Positions 39,442 through 48,090 of a stretch of 64,000 bases of DNA are shown here, piece after piece. Where the stretch lies: the NCBI GenBank assembly GCA_963770895.1, contig CAVYRF010000002.1, positions 1,600,001 through 1,664,000 of the forward strand, in the 5' to 3' direction. The notes under the pieces are model-generated. The model saw only the letters and a list, made by a program, of their open reading frames with translations, was not told where the DNA came from and ran no database searches. Within the stretch, counting starts at the first letter, position 1. Every line of letters begins with the position of its first letter. The position numbers and the translations under genes were made by a program. The DNA is from an uncultured Acidobacteriota bacterium (GTDB lineage: Bacteria; Acidobacteriota; Thermoanaerobaculia; Multivoradales; UBA5704).

Positions 39442-40190
39442 CACAACACGATGCTCAGGCTCATCGCGGCTCTTAGGTCGGTGGTTTGGTGCCAGGGCTG
39501 GCGCCGTCCGCAGAGGCCCTTCTCCCAGCCGTCGGGGTCGGCCCCTGCCGGCGATTGGACAGCCGCCCGGCCGGCTTGCAGGAGAAAACGGTGCCCGGCG
39601 GCGGCGGGAGGGACCCCTCGGCGGCGCTCTAGGGCGAGCCACCTCCCAATGCGCAAGCCACCACCGCTCCGCGAGCCTGCGGATTCCGGCGAAGGCGACC
39701 ACCCATTCCGACGGAAGGCGACCACCCGTCGGAGCGAGGCGGTGAGCGGAGGCTCATGGTTGGTTGAGGTGGTCGGCTTGGGCTTCTCCTGTGGTCCTTT
39801 TTCAGTGTATATGACCTCGTCGCCGGGGTTGTGGAAGGTCGTGGTAACCGGCGAGGGCGGGTGGTGGAGGGCGGGTGTGGTGGGGGGCCGGGAGCCGGTT
39901 TCCAAGCGGCTGTGGGAACGGCGGACCGGGGGCCGCGGCGGGCGGGGGCAGCGGAGCGTAGCGACGCGGGCGGCCCACGTTGGGTCCGCGGTTTCCATCA
40001 GCCGCGGCACCTTCCACAGCCCATGCGTGCGTTGGGGGGTGGTGGGGGTGGGTGGGGGACGGGCCGGGCGGTGGGGCGGCCGGGCGGCGGCCGGCCGCTG
40101 TCGAGGTCTCGCCGGACGCCATAGGCGAGGCGCTGGGGCTCGCGGGGGGGCGGGGGGCACCAGGCGCCGCCACGGCGCGCCGCGATCGCG

Positions 40191-40943
40191 TCACGACGGC
40201 CCCTGGGCCGGCGCCGGCGCCTTGTCCTTGCGCTTCGACTCGCCCTTAAGCGGCAGCTCGTAGGCGTTGTGCACCAGACGGTCGAGCACGGCGTCGGCCA
40301 GCGTGGCGTCGCCGATCGCATCGTGCCAGGCGGCGACCGGCAGCTGGCTCGTCACCACCGTCGAGCGCCTGCCGTAGCGATCTTCGAGGATCTCCAGCAG
40401 ATCACGCCGCTGAGCGTCGGTGAACGGATGCAGACAGAGGTCGTCGAGCACGAGGACGTCGGCCCGGGCAAGGTTGGCCAGCAGCTTGGAGTACCGGCCG
40501 TCCGCTTTGCCGGTGGCAAGCTCGGACAGCAGCCGTGGCACACGGTGATACAGCGCGGTGAAGCCTTCCCTGCACGCTTTGTGCGCCAGCGCACAGGCCA
40601 GAAAGCTTTTCCCCGTGCCGGTTTTCCCCGTAATCAAAATGTTAAGGTGTTGGGTGATCCACTGGCATGAGCACAGTGCCAGGAACAGCGCCCGATCGAG
40701 ACCGCGCGGCAGGCGCAGGTCCACGTCTTCGACCGCGGCGGCCTGGCGCAGCCGTGCCTTGGCGAGACGGTCCTTCAGCCGGCGGTTCTCGCGCTCCGTC
40801 ATCTCGCGATCGACCAGCAGCCCCAGGCGCTCGGTGAAGCCAAGCTCGTCGATGCCGGTCATCTGCAGCTGCTCCTCGAGCCCCTTGGCCATGCCGGTCA
40901 GCCGCAGGGCCTGGAGCTTGTCGAGCGTCGGATGGGTCAGCAT
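40191..40943 (-). CDS. istB: IS21 helper AAA+ ATPase
   Basis: ITGKTGTGKSFLACAL, VLVLDD, TSQLP..WH and ADAVLDRLVHNA..LKGESKR. Confidence 0.97.
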   Translation of the reverse strand: MLTHPTLDKLQALRLTGMAKGLEEQLQMTGIDELGFTERLGLLVDREMTERENRRLKDRLAKARLRQAAAVEDVDLRLPRGLDRALFLALCSCQWITQHLNILITGKTGTGKSFLACALAHKACREGFTALYHRVPRLLSELATGKADGRYSKLLANLARADVLVLDDLCLHPFTDAQRRDLLEILEDRYGRRSTVVTSQLPVAAWHDAIGDATLADAVLDRLVHNAYELPLKGESKRKDKAPAPAQGPS

Positions 40944-42496
40944 GGCTTCTGCTCCCCGCCGTAGTACGAAGCGCCGCGCAGGTTCTCATGCACGAGGGGT
41001 CGCCGCGCCGACTCGGCGGCCAGATCCATCTGCCGATCCAGCCCTCCCTGCAGGATGGAGCGCACGCTGCGGAACGACGCGCCTTCGATCTCCAGCGCCA
41101 GCTGGCACGCCGCTTCCAGCCGCTCGTTGCCATACCGCTGCCCGAGCCGCAAGATCCCCAAACACGAGCGGAAGCCATGCTGCGGGTGCACCCGCGTCGA
41201 CATCACCTGCTCGATCAGGCCGGCGACCGATGGCCCCGTCGTCTGCGACCACTGCACCAGCCGCTCGGGCGTCCACTCCGCATACGCCCGATGCGGCCGC
41301 GGCATGTGCTCGTGCTGCGTCGTGTGGGCTCCCCGGCGAAAGCAGCGCACATGGCTCGCCACCCGCTTGCTCTTGGCGAAGAACTCCACCGTTCTCGCGC
41401 TCAGCCGCACGTCCAGCTGCTGGCTCACCAGCTGGTACGGCACGCTGTAATAGTGGCCGTCGACTTCGACGTGGTAGTCCGCCACGACGCGCCCCTTTTT
41501 CCACTCGGCGTAGCTGAAGCCCGACGCCGGCAGCGCCCGCAGAGCCGGCCGCTCCATGCTCTCAAAGAGCGACCGGCGCGAGCCCTCAAGCTTGCGGAAT
41601 TGACGCTCGTTCAAGCGTATCAAAAGCATTCCAATCGCCTCGTTGAGCTCAGCAAGAGAAAAGAACTTCCGGTGCCGCAATCGGGCCAGGATCCAGCGTT
41701 CGACGACCTGCACCCCCACCTCCACTTTGGCCTTGTCGCGGGGCCGCCGCACGCGCGCCGGCATCACTGCCACGCCGTAGTGCAACGCCAAATCGTGATA
41801 GGTAGGGTTCAGCTCCGGCTCGTACCGGCACGGCCGGCTGACCGCCGACTTCAAGTTATCGGGAACCACCATTTCGGTTAGGCCGCCGGCGAACTCAAAA
41901 GCCCGCACGTGCGAGCCGATCCAGTCCGCCAATCCCTGACTCCACGTCGCCTCCGCGAAGGTGTAGTTGCTCGCCCCCCACACCGCCACGAAGATCTGCG
42001 CCGCGTGCACCTCTCCCGTGCCGGCGTCGACCACCGGCACCGTCGCGCCGCAGTAGTCGACGAACAGCTTCTCGCCAGCCCGATGCACCTGGCGCATCGA
42101 CAGGTCCACCCGCCCCCGCCACTGGCCGTACAGCTCGCAGTACCGGCTGTAGCCGTAGCCGTGAGGCTCCCTCTCCCGGTACTCCTCCCACAGCAGCGAC
42201 AGGGTCACCCCTTTGCCCTTGAGCTCGCTGTGCACGGCCGCCCAGTCCACCGCTGGCCGTCGCGCCGCCGGCACCTGCTCGACCACCGGGTAGAGCCGAC
42301 GCTCCAGCGCCTCCTCGCCCAGCTCCGCCGCCACGGACCAGTCCAGCCCGCTCCTGCGCGCACGGGCCACGCACTCCACAACCGTCGTCTTGCCTATCCC
42401 GCAGCAGTCCGCCACCTGCCGCTGGCTCAGACCGCAGACCCACAGCAATCGCAACATCTCTCGAATCTTTCTCACGTTCACTCTCCGTGCCGGCAT
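40937..42496 (-). CDS. istA: IS21 DDE transposase
   Basis: N-terminal HTH, GEKLFVDYCG, VPDNLKSAV, PRDKAKVE and YYSVPY. Confidence 0.97.
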   Translation of the reverse strand: MPARRVNVRKIREMLRLLWVCGLSQRQVADCCGIGKTTVVECVARARRSGLDWSVAAELGEEALERRLYPVVEQVPAARRPAVDWAAVHSELKGKGVTLSLLWEEYREREPHGYGYSRYCELYGQWRGRVDLSMRQVHRAGEKLFVDYCGATVPVVDAGTGEVHAAQIFVAVWGASNYTFAEATWSQGLADWIGSHVRAFEFAGGLTEMVVPDNLKSAVSRPCRYEPELNPTYHDLALHYGVAVMPARVRRPRDKAKVEVGVQVVERWILARLRHRKFFSLAELNEAIGMLLIRLNERQFRKLEGSRRSLFESMERPALRALPASGFSYAEWKKGRVVADYHVEVDGHYYSVPYQLVSQQLDVRLSARTVEFFAKSKRVASHVRCFRRGAHTTQHEHMPRPHRAYAEWTPERLVQWSQTTGPSVAGLIEQVMSTRVHPQHGFRSCLGILRLGQRYGNERLEAACQLALEIEGASFRSVRSILQGGLDRQMDLAAESARRPLVHENLRGASYYGGEQKPC

Positions 42497-43043
42497 CTCG
42501 CTCCCTTCGTCGATGGAGACGAGCATGCCAGAGGTACGGAGCCGCCGCTTGTTGTCACCGCCCTTCTCGATCTCGATTCCGATCGAAGGCGACCACCCTT
42601 CCGGGGATGGCGACCACCCTTCCGGGCCAAGGGCTAAAAGTGGTCGCCTTCAGACTGGAATGGGTGGTCGCCTTCCGTCGGAATCAGTGGTCGCCTTGCG
42701 ACCGGAAACGGTGGTCGCCTTCGACCGGAATACGCACGAGCCCTGGCGCGACGCCGAGGGGTGCCCTCCCGCCGCCGCCCCCAAGCCGCCAAGCCCGCAG
42801 TCCTCCGATCGGTCCCAGGTCACCTGCCGGAGCAAGAAAGAGCCTGCACGAAAGAGCCAGCAAGCAAGGGAGGGGAGGAAGGAAGCGAACCACGGCCCGC
42901 CCGCGGAGGCAGGGAAGCCAGAAGGAGGCCGCGGGCCGCGCGGGCCCGGCGCTATCACAGTCAATTAGATATTGCTGCCAGATCCGACAGTGGCCCCGCC
43001 TGATGGCAGGGCCTTTAGGTGTGCCTTGGAAAGAGGAGCGGGT

Positions 43044-44123
43044 TCAGGCGGGGCGGACTGTGATGCGCTTGAAGTAGCCGTCGCCTTCGCTTTCGGTGAC
43101 GACGCCGGAGTCGTCGGCCAGGGTGACGTGCACGATGCGGCGGTCGGCGGGGTTCATGGGGACGAGGGTGCGCGGGCGGCCGCGCTGGCGGACTTCGTCG
43201 GCGACGCGCTGGGCGAGGCTGCGCAGCCTCTCTTCGCGGATCTCGTGGAAGTTGTCGCAATCGACGCGACAGAGGACGGCCTCACCCGACAGGCTGCGGA
43301 TGATGCGCGGCAGGAGGTGCTCGATCGCCATCAGCAGCTCGCCGTCATCGGCGAAACACCAGTCGGTATCGGCTCCGATGAGCTCGATTTCCAGCCGCTC
43401 TTCACTGCGATAGATATGCGGCGTCAGGTTGAGGCCGGCAATGCGCAGCAGCAGCTCAACGCCTTTCGCGGCAGCTTCGGCCTGAGGGCCTTCGGCGGCG
43501 GGATAGCGCTCGCCGATGCTGCGGGGCCGCTCAGGAAGGGTCACCAGGTCTTCGGCCGCCGCCACGGGTTCGGGAGGGTCGAAGGTCTCAAACCTCCCGG
43601 CGCCCTGGGGGCGCGCGTGCCTGGATTGCCGTTCGCGGGGGTAGGAGCCAGACGGACGGCGCGAGCGCTCGGGACGGTCTGAGCGCTCGGGGCGCCCTGG
43701 GCGTTCAGGACGCCCTGCTCCAGGGGCTGTGGGAGGATTTTGGCGGGCGCGCTCGCGTGCGGCGGCTTCTCGCGGGGTGAGGGTGCCGGCGAGCGCCCGG
43801 CTTTCGGCGCTGGAGGCCGGGGCCGGCTTTGCGGCAGGCGGCTCGGCCGCGGAACGCGCGGGGGCAGCTGCCGGTACCGGCGGCGGCGCAGAGCCGGCAG
43901 CGCGACGCGGCACGGCCGGATCGACCTCGATGACGACCTTGCGCCGCATCTTGGTGAAGCCGTGGCGCTTCTCGATCAGCTGGTAGCCGATCTCTTCCGG
44001 CTGCAGGCGAAAGTGATTGGCCGCCTGAACCAGGGCCTGCTGCAAGGTGTCGCCCGAGAAGAATCGCCGTTTTGTGTCGTTCATGTCCGCCTGTGCTTCG
44101 CCTCCCGTGATGTCTCCGCTCAT
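43044..44123 (-). CDS. jag: Jag/EloR (KhpB) RNA-binding protein with R3H domain
   Basis: Jag_N-like N-terminus, low-complexity linker, KH-like region, R3H motif PMNPADRRIVH..SEGDG. Follows yidC. Alternative start at 44084. Confidence 0.9.
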   Translation of the reverse strand: MSGDITGGEAQADMNDTKRRFFSGDTLQQALVQAANHFRLQPEEIGYQLIEKRHGFTKMRRKVVIEVDPAVPRRAAGSAPPPVPAAAPARSAAEPPAAKPAPASSAESRALAGTLTPREAAARERARQNPPTAPGAGRPERPGRPERSDRPERSRRPSGSYPRERQSRHARPQGAGRFETFDPPEPVAAAEDLVTLPERPRSIGERYPAAEGPQAEAAAKGVELLLRIAGLNLTPHIYRSEERLEIELIGADTDWCFADDGELLMAIEHLLPRIIRSLSGEAVLCRVDCDNFHEIREERLRSLAQRVADEVRQRGRPRTLVPMNPADRRIVHVTLADDSGVVTESEGDGYFKRITVRPA

Positions 44124-45937
44124 TGCGCGCCCTCAAGCTTCCAGAAACGGTTGTAGACCGCCTGTTGGATGATGGTCAAGACGTTGTTGGTGAGCCAGTA
44201 GAGGACCAGGCCGCTCGGCGCGGCGAAGAAGAACACCATCATGAACAGCGGCATCACCAGGAAAAGCCGGCGTTGCGAAGGATCTCCGGACTGCGGCGCG
44301 AGCAGGACCTGCAGGAACTGCGTCACGCCCATGATCAGCGGCAGGATGAAATATGGGTCCTGGGCCGACAGGTCCTTGATCCAGAAGATCCATGGCGCAT
44401 GTCGCAGCTCGACCGAGGTGGAGAGCAGGCGATAGAAAGCGAACAGGATCGGCATCTGTGCCACGAGCGGCACACAGCCCCCGGCGGGATTGACCCCCTC
44501 AGCTTTGTACAGCGCCATGATCTCTTCGTTCATCTTGCGCTGCATTTCCAGGTTCGGCCGCCCCTGCTTGTCCTTGAGCTTCGGCCGGAACCGTTCGCGG
44601 ATGGCCTGCATCCGCGGGTTCAGGACCTGCATCTTGCGCATCGACATGGTGCTCTGGTGGGTCAACGGCAGGAGGGCGATCTTGATCAGGACCGTCATCA
44701 GGATGATCGCCCAGCCGTAGTTCGGCACCACGTGGTCGTAGGTCCAGTGCAGGCCGGCGAGCAGCGGGCGCACCACCCAGCCCAGGTAGCCGAGCTTCAC
44801 GCTCTCTTGCAGCGAGTAGGGCAGCGCCTTCAGCGTCTCGTAGCGCTTTTCGCCCAGAAAGCACTCGAGCGCCACGTTGCCAGCCGCCGGCTCCAACGTC
44901 AGCTCGTACTCGCGGCCGAGATCCTTTTGCGCCTTGGTCAGCTCGTCCTTGGGCGGCACCACCGCGAACTGGGCGCCCGCGGGTCCCGATTCGACCAGGA
45001 CCGGCTGCAGCACCGCTCGCGCCACGCTGCCGGCCTGCGGCACCGCGATCACCGCGAAGAAGGTGTCTTCCAGGCCAACCCAGTCGAGCGTCCGGCCGGG
45101 AAAGAACTTGGGCTCCTCCTCGCCCTTCGGATTGAGAACCTGCACGTCGCCGCCCACCCTGACCACCGCGTCGCGCTGGCCGTAGCGGTTGCTGAGCTCC
45201 GCCGCGGTCGGATTGCCGATGCCCGGCCCCAACACCAGCGACCAGGTTCCCGCCGCCTGCACCTTCGCCGACAACAGGCCTTGCGCATCAAATTGAAAGC
45301 TCTTCTCCACGCTGCCGGCCGAGCCGCGATAGCGGAAGGTGGCGCCCTTGCCGTCCGCGGATTTCTCCACCGCGAACAGGGCGTCGTCGACGGGCAGCGG
45401 CCGCAGGTGTGAATCGACCAGGGCGAAGGGATACGGCCCCACCCCCCGAGCGCGCACCAGCTCCGTGGTCTTGGCCGCGCCGCCCGACACCGCGGTGCCG
45501 GCCTCATCCACGACGACCGATTTGAGCTGCGCACCGCGACTGCTGAAGACCGCGCGCACGTCCTTGCCGACCAGCACGACCTCTTCTTCGCGGTCGCCTC
45601 CGATCGGCGGCGCACTGACCGCCGCAGGCGCCGGCGCCCCGCTGCCCGACCCCGCTCCCACCGCGCCGCCACCACCGGCCGGCGCCGCCGATCCAACCGC
45701 CGCATTGGCCTGGCCGGCGGCCGCCCCGCCCACCGTACCGGAGCCCGCCGCGCCCGCGCCCGCGGCACCGGCCGCTGCGCTGCCCTGTGCGCCCGCCGGC
45801 GTTGCGCCCGCGTCGCTGCCGCTCGCGGCACCTGCCACCACGGGAAGCTGCCGCCGCTGCGGCGGGAAGAAATACTGCCAGACCGCGAACACCGCGATCG
45901 ATGCCAGGATGAACAAAATGACGCGGCGGCTATCCAC
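44120..45937 (-). CDS. yidC: Membrane protein insertase
   Basis: NYGWAIILMTVLIK..PL, GVNPAGGCVP..QMPI, ELRHAP..WIKDLS.DPYFILP and PSGLVLYWLTNN. Confidence 0.97.
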   Translation of the reverse strand: MDSRRVILFILASIAVFAVWQYFFPPQRRQLPVVAGAASGSDAGATPAGAQGSAAAGAAGAGAAGSGTVGGAAAGQANAAVGSAAPAGGGGAVGAGSGSGAPAPAAVSAPPIGGDREEEVVLVGKDVRAVFSSRGAQLKSVVVDEAGTAVSGGAAKTTELVRARGVGPYPFALVDSHLRPLPVDDALFAVEKSADGKGATFRYRGSAGSVEKSFQFDAQGLLSAKVQAAGTWSLVLGPGIGNPTAAELSNRYGQRDAVVRVGGDVQVLNPKGEEEPKFFPGRTLDWVGLEDTFFAVIAVPQAGSVARAVLQPVLVESGPAGAQFAVVPPKDELTKAQKDLGREYELTLEPAAGNVALECFLGEKRYETLKALPYSLQESVKLGYLGWVVRPLLAGLHWTYDHVVPNYGWAIILMTVLIKIALLPLTHQSTMSMRKMQVLNPRMQAIRERFRPKLKDKQGRPNLEMQRKMNEEIMALYKAEGVNPAGGCVPLVAQMPILFAFYRLLSTSVELRHAPWIFWIKDLSAQDPYFILPLIMGVTQFLQVLLAPQSGDPSQRRLFLVMPLFMMVFFFAAPSGLVLYWLTNNVLTIIQQAVYNRFWKLEGAQ

Positions 45938-45985
45938 GGCTCGGAAGATCCTTTTCGGTTGGGATTGCGGCGCGGAGCACGCCGA

Positions 45986-46201
45986 TTACGGCAGATCGAT
46001 TCCGCCTGGGTGGAGAGGGTGACACCGCAGGACTCGCCAGGCGCCGAGCAGCGATCCGCGCCAGAAACCGTGCTTGAGCAGTGCCAGGCGGGCGTACTCC
46101 GAGCAGGTGGGCGAGAACCGGCACGCGCGCGGCAGCAAGGGAGAGATCCATCGTTTGTAGGAGGTCAGGACCGCCACGATCGGGCGGGTCACATACGTCA
46201 T
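45986..46201 (-). CDS. yidD: Membrane protein insertion efficiency factor
   Basis: YKRWISPLLPRACRFSPTCSEY..RCHPLHPGGID, between rnpA and yidC. Confidence 0.95.
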   Translation of the reverse strand: MTYVTRPIVAVLTSYKRWISPLLPRACRFSPTCSEYARLALLKHGFWRGSLLGAWRVLRCHPLHPGGIDLP

Positions 46202-46698
46202 GCGCCCGGTTGCCTCCGGTCGCCTCGCGCTCGCTGGTTCGCGACACCCTGTAGCAGCCCGGCGATATCGCGCTGGATGTCGGCGAAACCGGCGCCGCGC
46301 GCCTCGGGCTTGAGATGCATCACCAAGTCGAGCGCCGCAAGCGTTCCGCGGCCGGGCCAGCGCCGGTAGATCTCGCGGATGCGACGCTTCAGGCGATGAC
46401 GGATCACGGCGTTGCCAACCTTACGGCTGGCCGTGATCCCCATCCGCGGAAACCCGTGCGAATTCGGAACAAAGTAAAGGATCACCAGCGCACCCTGCCG
46501 CCGGCGTCCCGTCCTGTAACACCTGAGAAAGTCCGTGCGCCGCAGCAGCCTGTTACGGGCCAGCAGCCGCTCGCTGCCGGACGCCGCCGCTTGCGCCGCA
46601 CCCCGCCCCGAAACGCCGTCCGCCGGGCTCCGTCCGCCATGGGCCGAGCCGCAAAGCGCTTCGGCCTGAGGCTCCGGCGGGCCGGATCGGCGTTCCAT
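46198..46698 (-). CDS. rnpA: Ribonuclease P protein component (start uncertain, N-terminal extension)
   Basis: RL.RRTDF, RMGITASRKVGNAVIRHRLKRRIREIYR. Follows rpmH. Confidence 0.93.
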   Translation of the reverse strand: MERRSGPPEPQAEALCGSAHGGRSPADGVSGRGAAQAAASGSERLLARNRLLRRTDFLRCYRTGRRRQGALVILYFVPNSHGFPRMGITASRKVGNAVIRHRLKRRIREIYRRWPGRGTLAALDLVMHLKPEARGAGFADIQRDIAGLLQGVANQRARGDRRQPGA

Positions 46699-46832
46699 CA
46701 GACGCTCAGGCGCGCGCGTCCCTTCCTGCGACGCCGGGACAGCACGGCCCGCCCTTGGCGAGTGCGCATACGCACCAGGAATCCATGAGTGCGCTTCCGG
46801 CGACGATTATTCGGTTGGTAAGTACGTTTCAC
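46698..46832 (-). CDS. rpmH: 50S ribosomal protein L34 (not in the ORF track)
   Basis: Manual translation from GTG: [44 protein letters not shown]. Confidence 0.98.
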   Translation of the reverse strand: MKRTYQPNNRRRKRTHGFLVRMRTRQGRAVLSRRRRKGRARLSV

Positions 46833-46963
46833 TTGATTACCGCCTTCTCTCCAACGACGATGAGGTGCATGCAGACTTGCAGCTGCAGGAGCCTGCGGCT
46901 CCGAGCGAAACCGTTAACTTAGTCCAAACCTGGCGCGACGGTCAAGCGAGCGCCATGAAAAGA

Positions 46964-47053
46964 TGGCGGAGAGGGTGGGATTCGAACCCACGGACCGGTT
47001 GCCCGGTCAACGGTTTTCGAGACCGCCCCATTCGACCGCTCTGGCACCTCTCC
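46964..47053 (-). tRNA. tRNA-Ser(CGA)
   Basis: GGAGAGG acceptor stem, anticodon arm GCGGT-CTCGAAA-ACCGT, long variable arm, GGTTCGAATCC, ends GCCA. Confidence 0.97.
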
Positions 47054-47076
47054 TATCTGGTTCTTACGCAAAACGA

Positions 47077-47166
<90 letters not shown>

Positions 47167-47234
47167 GGACTGCCCCAAGAACCTGCTGACAAAGAACCGT
47201 AAGCCGCACCCGCCCGCCGCGTCGACGGAGCCTC

Positions 47235-47690
47235 TTAGACAGACCGCCGCAGCGACGCGAAGAAACCGCGCAACAGCGCGGCGCTTTCTTCCGCGAGGAC
47301 TCCGCCCGTTACCGCCAATCGGTGGTTGAGCCGCGGATCCTGCGCCAGATTGCCGAGGGAGCCGCAGTATCCCGCCTTCGGGTCGACGGCACCGTACACC
47401 AATCGATCGATCCGGCAGGCAACCAGCGCCCCCGCACACATGGAACACGGTTCCAGGGTCGCATACATCGTGCAACCCAGCAGCCGCCAGCCTGCCGTGT
47501 TTCCGGCAGCCTCACGCAACGCCAGCATCTCGGCGTGCGCCAGCGGATCGCCGTCGATCTCGCGCCGGTTGTGCCCCCGCCCGACGACCTGCTCACCTCG
47601 CACCACCACCGCGCCGATCGGCACTTCACCGACCGCCGCAGCTCGCCGAGCCTCCTCCAGCGCTAGCGTCATCCAATACCGATCGTCCAT
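47235..47690 (-). CDS. tadA: tRNA adenosine(34) deaminase
   Basis: GEVPIGAV, DPLAHAE, TLEPCSMCAGA, YGA.DPKAG and LNH. Confidence 0.96.
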   Translation of the reverse strand: MDDRYWMTLALEEARRAAAVGEVPIGAVVVRGEQVVGRGHNRREIDGDPLAHAEMLALREAAGNTAGWRLLGCTMYATLEPCSMCAGALVACRIDRLVYGAVDPKAGYCGSLGNLAQDPRLNHRLAVTGGVLAEESAALLRGFFASLRRSV

Positions 47691-47910
47691 GTGCCGACCC
47701 GATCCGGCCGCGGCGCGCCCAGCGCGGAAGACAGGTATCCTACTCGAAGCCGGCAACACCGGCAACGCAACCGCGTGCGGCGCGCGCGGCTCGCCGTTGG
47801 CGCTCCGCGCCCAGCTCTGCGCTCCGTGCCGGCGCCCAGCCAACAGTTACTTCGTGTATGCTCACGGCTCGCATGTCGATTTTCGGACTTCGCGGCCGCG
47901 GCGTCGTGCC

Positions 47911-47939
47911 TTTACATCCCCACCCCCAGGACATACGAT
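47911..47939 (+). promoter_or_regulatory. Sigma70 promoter for ffs-dnaX
   Basis: TTTACA-17 nt-TACGAT, ~8 nt before the SRP RNA stem. Confidence 0.75.
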
Positions 47940-47947
47940 GACGACCT

Positions 47948-48082
47948 CGGCAGTGGCCCGCGAAGGGTTCGGGTCCTGTGCATCGACGGCTTCCGAACCT
48001 CGTCAGGCCCGGAAGGGAGCAGCGATAAGGTATGCCGGCCGAGTGCCGCAGATCCACCGGAACCCTTCGTAGGCCACTGCCG
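47948..48082 (+). ncRNA. ffs: Signal recognition particle RNA (small, 4.5S type)
   Basis: Helix-8 motif TCAGGCCCGGAAGGGAGCAGC. Closing stems CGAAGGGTTC/GAACCCTTCG and CGGCAGTGGCC/GGCCACTGCCG. tadA-ffs-dnaX context. Confidence 0.95.
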
Positions 48083-48090
48083 CCTTCACC

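Larger units (their letters stand above)
39678..42736 (-). mobile_element. IS21-family insertion sequence (3059 bp)
   Basis: TG...CA ends with IR TGCG(G/T)ATTCCGG..CGAAGGCGACCACC, multiple internal AAGGCGACCAC repeats, and a 6-bp target duplication CGAGCC (39672-39677 and 42737-42742). Confidence 0.96.
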
